Positions 28,150 to 37,332 of a stretch of DNA of 64,000 bases are shown in pieces. The notes under the pieces are model-generated. The model worked only from the letters and a program-made list of their open reading frames with translations, was not told where the DNA came from and did no database searches. This DNA comes from a virus, in the IMG/VR virus record IMGVR_UViG_3300028920_000027, positions 96,001 to 160,000 of that record; one strand, 5' to 3'. Within the stretch, counting starts at the first letter, position 1, and each line of letters begins with the position of its first letter. A program made the position numbers and the translations under genes.

Positions 28150-28513
28150 GGGCGAAGGGGTGGTCTACCCTCGGCGCACGTTCACCCTGAAAGCCGATGA
28201 CCTCATCATTGGTCGGGTTGGAATTCGCTGTGCCGAGGAGCACGTGCGAGCGCTGCTGAAAGCGCTGCTCAAGGGCGGTTTCAAGGTTGAGCCTGGGCCG
28301 TCGGTGGATCCCTCCAAGTGTGCCGACTGCTCAGGCTACGTGCCGATGTACGTGGTGGGAGACGAGGTCTGGGCCAAAGCCATCGCCACGAAGCCTGCCC
28401 GATTCCTTTGCCTGAGTTGTCTGGAGCAACGTCTCGGGCGCCTACTACTGTTCCAGGACTTCCCTGAAGCTAACCCCACCAACCAAGCCATACACTACTT
28501 GAGGCCCCGGTGA
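28139..28513 (+). CDS. Hypothetical zinc-finger protein
   Basis: CADC...VWAKA...FLCLSCLEQRLGR. Confidence 0.6.
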   Translation: MLNRGEGVVYPRRTFTLKADDLIIGRVGIRCAEEHVRALLKALLKGGFKVEPGPSVDPSKCADCSGYVPMYVVGDEVWAKAIATKPARFLCLSCLEQRLGRLLLFQDFPEANPTNQAIHYLRPR

Positions 28514-29025
28514 AACGTCGTCTATTCCTCGAACGAGTCGACACCAAAGAAGTGCACATCGCCCACGTCACGGGTTCGGTGATGGTATGGGAAGAAGGCG
28601 ACTGGAGACCACTCGGCAGTGGGGTGTCGAGGTTAGACACCACAGGTACTTATATTATCGCGCCCTTGGTCGAGATTCTTCCCCTCAAGCCCAGCTTGCG
28701 GGAAGCTCGGAAGTGGGAAGGGTATAACGACAAATGGCACGGCCTTCGCGCCCGCGCCGCGCTCTGGGACCAACAGAGGTATGACTACGTGACCTCCTGC
28801 ATGGGCCTCTTGGCTCAGTCGTGGAACTTCGTCCTCTCTTGGAACCGCAAGCTCCCTCAAAGCATCGCTCTGGTTGCCATCCAACATGACGTCGTGGATT
28901 ACCAAGACCCGGGGCACGCACCGAACTGGGTCGAGATGCTGCGGGATGAGTTCGCGAGGCAATCGAAGACCGTTCAGCCCCACCAGCTTTCCTTCTGGGA
29001 ACGTATCGGCAAGGGCGAGTTCTGA
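28510..29025 (+). CDS. Hypothetical protein ending SFWERIGKGEF
   Basis: GTGA overlap; C-terminal WER motif. Confidence 0.6.
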   Translation: MKRRLFLERVDTKEVHIAHVTGSVMVWEEGDWRPLGSGVSRLDTTGTYIIAPLVEILPLKPSLREARKWEGYNDKWHGLRARAALWDQQRYDYVTSCMGLLAQSWNFVLSWNRKLPQSIALVAIQHDVVDYQDPGHAPNWVEMLRDEFARQSKTVQPHQLSFWERIGKGEF

Positions 29026-30782
29026 TGAACCGGGAAGCCGTTCGCATCCCACGGGCACACCGGGTTGCCTACTTCGAGAAACAGTTGCGCCTCCACCGCA
29101 ACCATCCAGAATTCCGGCTCGCCGACGAGCCCTTGCGCCGCTTGATCGGCTTCTCCTGTACCTGTGGAGGATCCGAGACCTTGATTCAGATCAGCCTTGC
29201 CTCCGTCCGCGAGCTGATGCCCCAAGCGTTGCGGGCCTTCCAGAATGTCCGCAACCAGCACATGAACTACGGGTTGCGGCAAAAGAAGAGGCGAACTCGC
29301 GCCGATAAGAAAGCACGGGCCCTCCTATTCAGTCACCTCACCAAACAGCAGAAGTGGCACTATCGGGCCCACGGCTGCATCCGCTTCACAGGTGGTGACG
29401 GGCACGAGTACGAGATCGAGCTGAACGTCTGCAACAACGTCTACAAGCTCGAAGACGGCCATCGAAAGGTACGCTACTGCGTCGTCTTCAAGGGTCATAG
29501 AAGACTCCCCCTGTACGACCTGATGCTGGCCCAAATGGTCATACTCAAGGTAAACCCCGACTACTTCCACGAGATCGCCATCAAGTCAGAGATCAACGAC
29601 TACCGTGACGTGGGAGCCCCTCTCCAAGGTCAGCAGCTAGAAGGTGCCGCCGAAGCCGCCGAGGTGGGTCATGAGGGCGTTGTCATCCGCCGAAACGTGC
29701 AAGGGCTGGTTGAGCGCCTTCAGCAACGACTCAATGAGTTCGAGCAGCAACGCTACACCCATCCTGAAGCCAACCTCCGCCAGCAACTTCAGGAAGTCGG
29801 GTTTGGGCGTCCCGAGATCCTGATGAACGACTTGATCTTCAGAAAGGAGCAGGGCAACGATCAGGCGATTGAGTACGACGTTCCCCTGGGCGGGGCCGCC
29901 TACTACTTGAACTGGGACGACAGCATTGTGGCCACGTGCGGGCCCCGCGTCATGGTGCCGCGCCTCAACCTCGATGACGTCGACTACGCAGTGGCCGTGA
30001 TTGCCCTCTTGCAAGCCGCTGCGTGCTGCACCTACGACCACTACGACCAGGTGTTGGACCACTTCCGACAGTATGATCTCCAGTTTGCCCAGGTCCTCTT
30101 TCACCCGGATGACGAGCCCGTGTTCGTCGAGTGGATCGCGGGCGCTCGCTGGGTCCCCTACCTGACCACGGACGAGCGGGTCCCTCGGGGCAAAGCCCTT
30201 TGCCTGACCAACGCAGAGTTCCTGGGCATCATCACCCATTGGCATGCAAACGATGGCGAACCGGCAGGGATTGGGTTCTGCGTTCTTAACAACCGGGGCG
30301 TCGTCAAGCTTAGACTTCCCCCAGATGAGGATGACCGTGAAGACATTGATGAGGTTCAAGTGGGCCCCAGACGACCAGAGGGATGTGGTCCAGGTCCGAA
30401 AGATCTTTCAACACCACCGCTTTCAGGGCCGGAAGATCTTCAAGGTCGGAGAGGACGGAGAGATGGGAGACCCGATGGAGGTCTTCGATCCGAGCGAGGG
30501 GAGGATGGTCGTGTCGGAGCGGATGACGTCGTTCGAGAGGATCCGGGAGAGCTCGGAGAGCTCGGAGAGCCCGGAGAGTACCTCAGGAGATGGCTCTCCT
30601 CCGAACGGCGCCGAGGTACCCAGCACCGGCAAGAAGTCAATCTCGAAGGCACCGACCTCAAAGGCCTCACGGAAGACCAGCTCCGGGACCGCCTCGCGGA
30701 AACGTACCTCGAAGAAGGCCCCGAAGAAGGCGGGCACCAAAAAGGCCCCCACCAAGCGCGGTTTTCGGCAGACGGGCAATGA
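29025..30782 (+). CDS. Multidomain hypothetical protein with a capsid-C-terminus-like segment; 3' ~150 codons probably read-through into the next gene
   Basis: N-terminal ARALLFSHLT...LPLYDLMLAQ domain; DLQFAQVLFHP...RVPRGKALC...GIGFCVLNNRGVVKL segment; overlaps 30325-30873 out of frame. Confidence 0.5.
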   Translation: MNREAVRIPRAHRVAYFEKQLRLHRNHPEFRLADEPLRRLIGFSCTCGGSETLIQISLASVRELMPQALRAFQNVRNQHMNYGLRQKKRRTRADKKARALLFSHLTKQQKWHYRAHGCIRFTGGDGHEYEIELNVCNNVYKLEDGHRKVRYCVVFKGHRRLPLYDLMLAQMVILKVNPDYFHEIAIKSEINDYRDVGAPLQGQQLEGAAEAAEVGHEGVVIRRNVQGLVERLQQRLNEFEQQRYTHPEANLRQQLQEVGFGRPEILMNDLIFRKEQGNDQAIEYDVPLGGAAYYLNWDDSIVATCGPRVMVPRLNLDDVDYAVAVIALLQAAACCTYDHYDQVLDHFRQYDLQFAQVLFHPDDEPVFVEWIAGARWVPYLTTDERVPRGKALCLTNAEFLGIITHWHANDGEPAGIGFCVLNNRGVVKLRLPPDEDDREDIDEVQVGPRRPEGCGPGPKDLSTPPLSGPEDLQGRRGRRDGRPDGGLRSERGEDGRVGADDVVREDPGELGELGEPGEYLRRWLSSERRRGTQHRQEVNLEGTDLKGLTEDQLRDRLAETYLEEGPEEGGHQKGPHQARFSADGQ

Positions 30783-30873
30783 TGCCCTGGGCAGTCAGAC
30801 CAAGCCCAAGGCGGCCTCGAAGCGGGCACCTGTCAAGAAGACCACCCGGGTTCGCAAGACGACCCGCAAATGA
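30325..30873 (+). CDS. Protein with a domain similar to 30899-31138 plus a Lys/Ala/Thr-rich histone-H1-like tail
   Basis: FKWAPDDQRDVVQVRKIF...GDPMEVFDPSEGRMVV; KKAPKKAGTKKAPTKR tail. Confidence 0.65.
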   Translation: MRMTVKTLMRFKWAPDDQRDVVQVRKIFQHHRFQGRKIFKVGEDGEMGDPMEVFDPSEGRMVVSERMTSFERIRESSESSESPESTSGDGSPPNGAEVPSTGKKSISKAPTSKASRKTSSGTASRKRTSKKAPKKAGTKKAPTKRGFRQTGNDALGSQTKPKAASKRAPVKKTTRVRKTTRK

Positions 30874-30898
30874 CCCCAAAATCGGAAAGGAATGAAGG

Positions 30899-31138
30899 AT
30901 GAGCACAAAAAGGCCTGATCACGTGATGGCTGCGATGGGTGAAGAGGGTGACACCAAGTACAGCTGGGACCCCAGCGATCCTGAATCGGTGGCCGCCGCT
31001 CAGGAGACCTTCAACGGCTACATCTCCGATGGCTACCGTCCCTTCGCCCTGAGCGATGGTACTCAGGGCGAGCAGATGACGGAGTTCAATGCCAGCGCTG
31101 GCAACATCCTGATGGTTCCGCCCATGCAGGGCGGCTGA
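30899..31138 (+). CDS. Small protein with MoaD/ThiS/ubiquitin-like C-terminal PPMQGG
   Basis: 79 aa ending ILMVPPMQGG-stop; AAGGA RBS. Confidence 0.6.
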   Translation: MSTKRPDHVMAAMGEEGDTKYSWDPSDPESVAAAQETFNGYISDGYRPFALSDGTQGEQMTEFNASAGNILMVPPMQGG

Positions 31139-31477
31139 GTGCCGACCAAGCTCGACCATGGCTCCTACTACTCGACAAGCCCCTTCGACGTCGTTCAGCA
31201 CCAGTACGCTGCGGGCGAATGGGGCTATGTCGAGCTACTAGAGGTCAAAGACACCCCCGAGGGCCACCTATCCTTCGTCCTCTTGCTGAACAATACCTCC
31301 GAGGGCCTCTACTTTTTTGACGAAGGGTACCACCTCTGGGAGCGCGCGACCCGAGCCGAGGCCGATCAGCTGTGGGAGTTGTTCTTCAGCAACCCCAAGA
31401 AAATGCGTGAAGCCACAACCCGAGAGACGTGGCTCCTCGACATTCCGCCGCGTGAAGACCTAGCCGCAGGAGGCTAG
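31139..31477 (+). CDS. Hypothetical protein
   Basis: Abuts the upstream stop codon. Confidence 0.5.
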   Translation: MPTKLDHGSYYSTSPFDVVQHQYAAGEWGYVELLEVKDTPEGHLSFVLLLNNTSEGLYFFDEGYHLWERATRAEADQLWELFFSNPKKMREATTRETWLLDIPPREDLAAGG

Positions 31478-32206
31478 GCGCCACCCGGCGGGGCTCGGCT
31501 GGAAATTGATGTAGTCCGCGTACCCGTGCTGAATCGCAAGGCCCGCTTTGACGAGCTTTACACACCGCTGGTAGGCGGTCTCGTCTTTGCCTCGATAAAG
31601 ATCACATGGCAGGCCCTTCAGCTGCTGGTACAGCTCGGGCGAGAGATCCTGGTTAACCTTAACCGTGTCCTTGATCTCCTCTTCAAGGAGATCCTGAACT
31701 TTGCCAATCTCCTCGGCCGTGTGGACCACGCCGCCAGTGTTCAGGTCAAGGTACCACTGGAGTACTTCAGCACGTGTCCCCAGGTCACTCACGTTCCAAC
31801 GGATGCTGGGACCGTTGCGGCGAATGGGGGCGCTGAATTCACTGTACCTGTATCCAAATACCGGCACCTCGTCCTGGAGGAATCCCATGATCGCCCGCAG
31901 TCGCTGCTTCCCGTCGACGAGCACGTAGTCCGTAGTATCCCCCCGGTTCCACCCTGGACAGTTCAGGTAGACGTTGTTCCCGCTCTGGCCACCTCGAAGG
32001 CAGAATTCGAGGTAGGCTGTCTGCTTCTCGAGCGTCCAGACATGTGGACGCTGAAAGTCAGGGTCGATGTTGAGCCCGTCTTCCACGTGCTGTTCAAAGT
32101 ATCGTATGAGCGAACTCCAAGGCACGTCGACACCATAAGGAGCGGTTCTTGTCATCGGAGGGATGGCCTGAAAGTCTGGCCGGCGGATCTTGATCATGGC
32201 TATCAC
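31460..32206 (-). CDS. DUF262 (GmrSD N-terminal/ParB-like) domain protein
   Basis: IDPDFQRPHVW...YVLVDGKQRLRAI. Confidence 0.8.
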   Translation of the reverse strand: MIAMIKIRRPDFQAIPPMTRTAPYGVDVPWSSLIRYFEQHVEDGLNIDPDFQRPHVWTLEKQTAYLEFCLRGGQSGNNVYLNCPGWNRGDTTDYVLVDGKQRLRAIMGFLQDEVPVFGYRYSEFSAPIRRNGPSIRWNVSDLGTRAEVLQWYLDLNTGGVVHTAEEIGKVQDLLEEEIKDTVKVNQDLSPELYQQLKGLPCDLYRGKDETAYQRCVKLVKAGLAIQHGYADYINFQPSPAGWRLASCG

Positions 32207-32433
32207 CTAGAAAACCGAGGTTATTCCCAGCTCGAATGCCTGTCGAGGGGGCGGCAATCATCCCACTATACGATGGGTGCCCAGGGATCGTTCAGGGTAA
32301 CCCTTCTTTTTTTGACGAGAAGTCTGAATCCTCGGTGTATAGTGTCAACATGGACTATTGGGACATCATGACACTAGTTGGGCTGAGGGGATAATGTCGA
32401 GCGGGCCCGCATGGTCGCGGTGAGCAAGCTCTG

Positions 32434-32652
32434 ATGCCGCGCAACGATTTGGTTGAAATGGAGGGGGTGGTTGGCCGACAGCTCGGCGGGGGTCAATATC
32501 GCATCACCACGGGCGACGGGGAAGAGATCCGCGCCCAACTCAACGGCCGAATGCGCAGGAATCATATCCGCGTACTGCCTGGAGACCGCGTGAAAGTCGC
32601 GGTCTCCCCCTACGACAAGAGCCACGGGATGATCACCTACCGTTTCAAGTAG
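32434..32652 (+). CDS. infA: Translation initiation factor IF-1
   Basis: 72 aa S1 fold: EMEGVV...GRMRRNHIRVLPGDRVKVAVSPYDKSHGMITYRFK. Confidence 0.95.
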   Translation: MPRNDLVEMEGVVGRQLGGGQYRITTGDGEEIRAQLNGRMRRNHIRVLPGDRVKVAVSPYDKSHGMITYRFK

Positions 32653-32664
32653 ACCCGAAACAAC

Positions 32665-33475
32665 ATGAACACCATCGTCATCGGCGACATTCACGGCTGT
32701 CTGGACGAGTTTCAAGCACTCGTGGAGAAGGTCGCCCTCAAGCCCGAGGACCATGTGATCTGCCTGGGCGATTTCATGGACAAGGGGCCGGACCCTGCCG
32801 GTTGTGTGCGGTTCGCGCGTACGCATGGGTTCCAGTCTGTCCAAGGCAACCACGAGGACAAGCACCTCCGCTGGCGGCGTCACGAAGCCCGCAGGATCCT
32901 GGATCCCTCCTACACAACCCCATGACGTTGGATGTTGCCAAACAGCAAGACAATACCGCTCTGAGCGGCGACGACATCGACTGGCTCAGTAACCTGCCCC
33001 CATCGTCGAGGCTGATGGTTGGGTGGCCGTCCACGGCGGCTTTCTACCAGGCAAGACCCCACGGGAACAGGCCGCTGACCGCAAGATCCGCTCGACCATC
33101 GTACGCGTGAGGTGGCTCACCCCCGAAGGCGAGCACTGGGCCGAGTTATGGGACCAGCATTTCAACGTGGTCTACGGCCACGAGGCACACAGCCTCAGCC
33201 GCCCCTACGACGTCCAAGCCCCCAGCGGCGCCCGGACCGTGGGTATCGACACGGGCTGTGTCCACGGGGGCCACCTGACCGCCTTCGTGGTTGAAAACGA
33301 CGGGGCCACCCACTTCGTCCAGGTGCCGGCGGCCAAGTGCTACCACCGACACCACGGGCTACGGGCTAGACGCTCCCACAGGGTGGGGGGCGGGAAGGGT
33401 GGCACCCCCACGGGAGTGTGGGGTTGCGGGGTAGACGTAGGTTGCAGGCATCACAGGTTGTCGAGCGAAACATAG
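32665..33475 (+). pseudogene. Calcineurin-like metallophosphoesterase (ApaH/PrpA-like), split by two frameshifts
   Basis: IGDIHGC, CLGDFMDKG, GNHE in frame 1; WLSNLP in a second frame; VHGG, VYGH, IDTGCVHGGHLTA in a third. Confidence 0.8.
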
Positions 33476-34029
33476 ACAGTTTGGCAATGATTGCAACGTT
33501 GAACGTCCACGACCTGGATACCCCCAACATCAATTCCGAGACTTCGCAGGGCGGTGAGGTTGACCAGCGACGGGTCCGAAAGAAGCAGCCCGTCCCGGCA
33601 CCGCGAGCATTGTATGGGCGAGCGAGAGTCCTCTTCGGTAGGATATCGAATGAGGCTCTCAAGCCCTTGCACCTGGGCCACCTCGGGCGGCTCCAGAGAG
33701 CCCAGCTGGAGGCATGAGGGCTCGATTCCCACCAGACGCTCGAAAAGCGTTGGCAGAAACGGGGTTGGAGGGTCGAAGATAGGCTCGTGTTTGACCTCAG
33801 GTTCGGACTCCAGAGCCCGTTCGGCTTCACGCCAGGGAGCCACCCAGGAGTTAGCGCGGGTGGTGGTACCGTCGTTGCCACCATCCAAAAAAAGGTCACC
33901 ATCTTGTGAGGAGATGGCCCCGCAGTGCGAGCACCAAACGATGTCAGTACCTTCAACGTAGCGAAGGTGGGCAGGATTGTGGAAGCACTCCGGCACGACT
34001 CCTGGGAAGATACACCAATTGGTGTACAT
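33451..34029 (-). CDS. Hypothetical protein with Zn-ribbon CxxC pairs and internal PTLFERL
   Basis: WCSHCG, CSRC, CNHC. Confidence 0.5.
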   Translation of the reverse strand: MYTNWCIFPGVVPECFHNPAHLRYVEGTDIVWCSHCGAISSQDGDLFLDGGNDGTTTRANSWVAPWREAERALESEPEVKHEPIFDPPTPFLPTLFERLVGIEPSCLQLGSLEPPEVAQVQGLESLIRYPTEEDSRSPIQCSRCRDGLLLSDPSLVNLTALRSLGIDVGGIQVVDVQRCNHCQTVYVSLDNL

Positions 34030-34161
34030 CTAGGGCATGAATCCCAACGAGCTTCTCGGTGTTCATGGCACCACGGGGAAGGTGAGCCCGAGGAAGTCGA
34101 GGTCTACCGTTCCGACCGAAGAGGCAGGCCCAATTTCGATTCATCCTATATCGCACAGTGA

Positions 34162-34251
34162 GTTGGAACCGGTGTAGAGTTGATACCATTTGACGGCGAG
34201 GAGCACATCGTCGTCCAGGAAGATGGCGTTCTCGCTGTCATCAAGGAGTAG
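34162..34251 (+). pseudogene. Possible GroES C-terminal remnant
   Basis: Translates FDGEEHIVVQEDGVLAVIKE-stop, like the GroES end; no N-terminal half seen. Confidence 0.35.
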
Positions 34252-34255
34252 GTCA

Positions 34256-34480
34256 ATGACTGAAGCTGAGCTTGCCACTGCGGCGGCCAAACAAAAGTTC
34301 GAGATTCTTGATCTGAAAGAGCTGGTGGCGTTGGCCATCGAAGAAGCCCTTCGCCGTACCGGTGGAAACATCATGAAGACGTGCCGTATTCTGAACATAG
34401 GCAAGGCGACCCTTTACCGCCGGCTTCAGGAACCTCGGTTCCAGAGAGTTCTTCAAGCAGCCCGAGCACCATCACAATGA
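34256..34480 (+). CDS. Fis-type HTH DNA-binding protein
   Basis: AIEEALRRTGGNIMKTCRILNIGKATLYRRL. Confidence 0.8.
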   Translation: MTEAELATAAAKQKFEILDLKELVALAIEEALRRTGGNIMKTCRILNIGKATLYRRLQEPRFQRVLQAARAPSQ

Positions 34481-35146
34481 TCCCCATCCCCATTACGGTT
34501 CTGGTCGTTGTCCTGGCCATTGTGGCCCTGGTTGTCGGCTTCTCCGTGTGGTCTGCACGGATTTCCCGCTACCACTACAACATCCTGAACAAGAAGTGGG
34601 GGGTCCTCGTTCAACGTGAGGAGCACCTCAGCCGGTTCATCGCACTCGTACAGGAGGTTCAGGACCTGGCCTTTTTCGGGGCGCCCTTTCGTGTCGTGAG
34701 GGGGCGTTCCGACTTTCGAGACGACTCTCCGTCACGACCAGCGCTTGTCGCCGTCGCAATCAAAGAGCGGCTCTACCTAAAAATTGGATGCATCCCGCGG
34801 GGGGGAAGATCCCAAGGTGGGCATTAAGACCCAGGTCTATCTGGAGCAGAATCGCATCCACGCTGGTCAAAGCTACATCTTTGGCATCGACAACTTAATT
34901 CAGGAAGCTGAACTGGAAACCCTGAAAGTTCTAAAAGAGGAAGAGACCCTTTTACAGGACCGAACCGACCAAGGTGTCACCTTTGACCATCTTCGGTCAC
35001 GCCTTGCGGTCAAACAGGGAGATGCCTCGACAGCTGGTGCTCAGGCGTCTACCTAGGCGGTCCTCACTGGAGCATCCTTGAAGCTTTGAAGGCGTCAACA
35101 ACAAAGACCCCCACGCCGTTTAGTCGACCCGGTGTATCTTGAAATC

Positions 35147-35527
35147 ATGACCTTCCCGTCTCAACCCACCCCGCCTTCCAAAATCACTATCCTCAACCAT
35201 TCTACGGAACTCGACCCCTCGGGGTTCTTATACCACCTCAACATCTCGATCTTCAAAGTCCGCATCGAGGTCGTCAAACCCTCTCACTCCCATATAATAG
35301 ACTGCCTGGCGTTCTGGCACGTCTACCTCCAGGGGTCGACTCTAGAACATTATCTTGCCTGGGGCAAGATCCGCATCGAGGACGCCGAGCCCGACAAGGC
35401 CGTCGGAGCTGCGTGCTTGGCAACGGCCGAAGCTCTTCAGAAGCTGTGCCAGGGTATCTTGGCCATCGGCAATGGGGACTTCAGGACCACCTATGCAACG
35501 GTTGGTCCGAAGAAGACCGATGGCTGA
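35147..35527 (+). CDS. Hypothetical protein
   Basis: ATG 6 nt after GGTG-TATCTT. Confidence 0.55.
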   Translation: MTFPSQPTPPSKITILNHSTELDPSGFLYHLNISIFKVRIEVVKPSHSHIIDCLAFWHVYLQGSTLEHYLAWGKIRIEDAEPDKAVGAACLATAEALQKLCQGILAIGNGDFRTTYATVGPKKTDG

Positions 35528-35582
35528 TTTGCCAGAGGAATGGTTTGATAAGACATGGGACCACAACTAGGAACCACTGCCA

Positions 35583-36800
35583 ATGCCCGTTGAGCACATC
35601 GAGATGTGGTGGGAGTGCAAGACCTGTGGAACCCTCAACGGAGGACTTGCCAAGGTCTGTGGAAAGCGGCCCGTCGAGGACGGGAAAGTCGTCTCGCCTC
35701 GTAGTGATGTCGGCTGTGGAAAGCCCATCGAGGACGAAGAATGGATCGATCCCGATGACGACAGTGTCAACCTCATCACAGACGCGGAGGGCATCCAGCA
35801 AGCTCAGGACGGCACCGACTGGATCTGCGGCTACTGCGGCTCATCTCAGAAGCGCGCCAATGGCCAGTGTGCCTCTTGCGGTGGGGACCCCAACTTCAAC
35901 CACCGCCTGCGCGGGAGTGAAGAGACAGCCCCCGTTGGCGACCTCGATCCCTTTGGAGGTCAGCCTGAGCGGACCACCTACGGGTCATCATACCTGCCCA
36001 AAAGCGATCCTCCATTTCTCCGACGGCGCCGGTCCAAATTGCCCCTCATCATTGGGGGGGTGGCTTTGACTCTCATCGCTCTAACCGTTTTCATCTTCTG
36101 GCCGCGCTACGTCGACGCAGAGGTTGTTGGGTCCCACTGGACCTCCACGGTCACCATCGACCGCTACCAAAAGGTGCCCCACGAAGGCTGGGAGCCCCCT
36201 TATGATGCGGTGGATGAGATTGAGATGGGTAAGCGGAGTCACCCCACTAAGAAAGTCCAGGTCGGCACCAAGACCATCAAGGTAGACCCATCTGGGGGCT
36301 GCGGCCAGACGTGCAAACCGATTCCTAAGGTTTGCAAGAAGACCCCTAGGAATTGCACGGAGAACAAGAATGGAACCAAGACCTGCTCAGGAGGGGACAT
36401 GAAGTGCACGGGCGGGGGTGAGACATGCAAGAAGAACAAGTGCACCGACAGTCAGAAAGTGCTCAAAGAGATCGCGATCTATGAGCCTGCGAAGTTGATG
36501 TGGTATTCTTGGAAGATTTGGGAATGGAAGTACGACCGCTCGGTTGTCCGCAAAGGTCAAGACCTCGATCCACAACCCCCCGAGAAGGCCAAGTACCGGC
36601 TCAACGTTGGCTGCATGGACGGCGAGAAGGAGCGGGCGTCGGCCCCCAACTGGAAGTACACCACGGTTTTCCGCGACGAGTCGGGGGAAACCCACAACTA
36701 CCACCCATCAACTCACAACGAATACGTGAGCCTCAAGCAAGGCGTCCGCAAGCGACTCCGTGTTTCGGCCGCAGCCGTTGCCATCGTAGAGGACCGATGA
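35583..36800 (+). CDS. Membrane-anchored protein with two RanBP2-like zinc ribbons and a Cys-rich extracellular part
   Basis: WECKTCG, WICGYCG...CASCGG, one TM helix (LIIGGVALTLIALTVFIFW). Confidence 0.75.
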   Translation: MPVEHIEMWWECKTCGTLNGGLAKVCGKRPVEDGKVVSPRSDVGCGKPIEDEEWIDPDDDSVNLITDAEGIQQAQDGTDWICGYCGSSQKRANGQCASCGGDPNFNHRLRGSEETAPVGDLDPFGGQPERTTYGSSYLPKSDPPFLRRRRSKLPLIIGGVALTLIALTVFIFWPRYVDAEVVGSHWTSTVTIDRYQKVPHEGWEPPYDAVDEIEMGKRSHPTKKVQVGTKTIKVDPSGGCGQTCKPIPKVCKKTPRNCTENKNGTKTCSGGDMKCTGGGETCKKNKCTDSQKVLKEIAIYEPAKLMWYSWKIWEWKYDRSVVRKGQDLDPQPPEKAKYRLNVGCMDGEKERASAPNWKYTTVFRDESGETHNYHPSTHNEYVSLKQGVRKRLRVSAAAVAIVEDR

Positions 36801-37024
36801 TCGACAGTCTGAAGCTGACCCCCAAGCAACGCGAAGTCTTGGGCCTGGCCCCTGACGCCCCCAGCGACGGCAAGATGTTCAAGGGCGGGCAGGCGAACAC
36901 GGCCAACACTCTCGTAGCCAAGGGTCTCCTGTGCGTGGCTGGGTCAGGGCACACAGGGACCTTCTACGTGCGGACCGCCGCTGGGTACACCCACGCCCGC
37001 GACCTGGGACTAGCAACACCCTAG
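36797..37024 (+). CDS. Small hypothetical protein
   Basis: ATGA overlap. Confidence 0.5.
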   Translation: MIDSLKLTPKQREVLGLAPDAPSDGKMFKGGQANTANTLVAKGLLCVAGSGHTGTFYVRTAAGYTHARDLGLATP

Positions 37025-37332
37025 TGTGGAGCGTCTACATCGTCCAAAGTGAGCGAGATGGTTCACTTTATGTGGGGATCACGCTTGACGTTGAAGCTCG
37101 GGTGGCGGCTCACAACGCTGGCATGGGAGCCAAGCGTACGCGGGGGCGCGGCCCTTGGGTCTTGTGCTGGTCGAAGGCCGTCGGGGCCCGCGGGGAAGCC
37201 CAGCGGGAGGAAGCTCGAATCAAAAAGCTGCGGCGGGCCCAGAAGCTGGCCATTTTTTGGTGTACCTTGAGCTATGCCGGAAGAAGACCCCTGCTTCGGT
37301 CCCTGGACCGTGAAGACCACGAAGACCACTGA
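37024..37332 (+). CDS. GIY-YIG nuclease (YhbQ/UPF0213-like)
   Basis: WSVYIV...SLYVGIT...RVAAHNAGMGAKRTRGRGPW...EARIKKL. Confidence 0.85.
   Translation: MWSVYIVQSERDGSLYVGITLDVEARVAAHNAGMGAKRTRGRGPWVLCWSKAVGARGEAQREEARIKKLRRAQKLAIFWCTLSYAGRRPLLRSLDREDHEDH

Noticed and set aside
30330-30782. A genuine 150-codon dual-coding overlap between 29025-30782 and 30325-30873
   Set aside because: The overlapping tail has no recognisable features and starts at a C run, so a lost stop codon is the simpler explanation.
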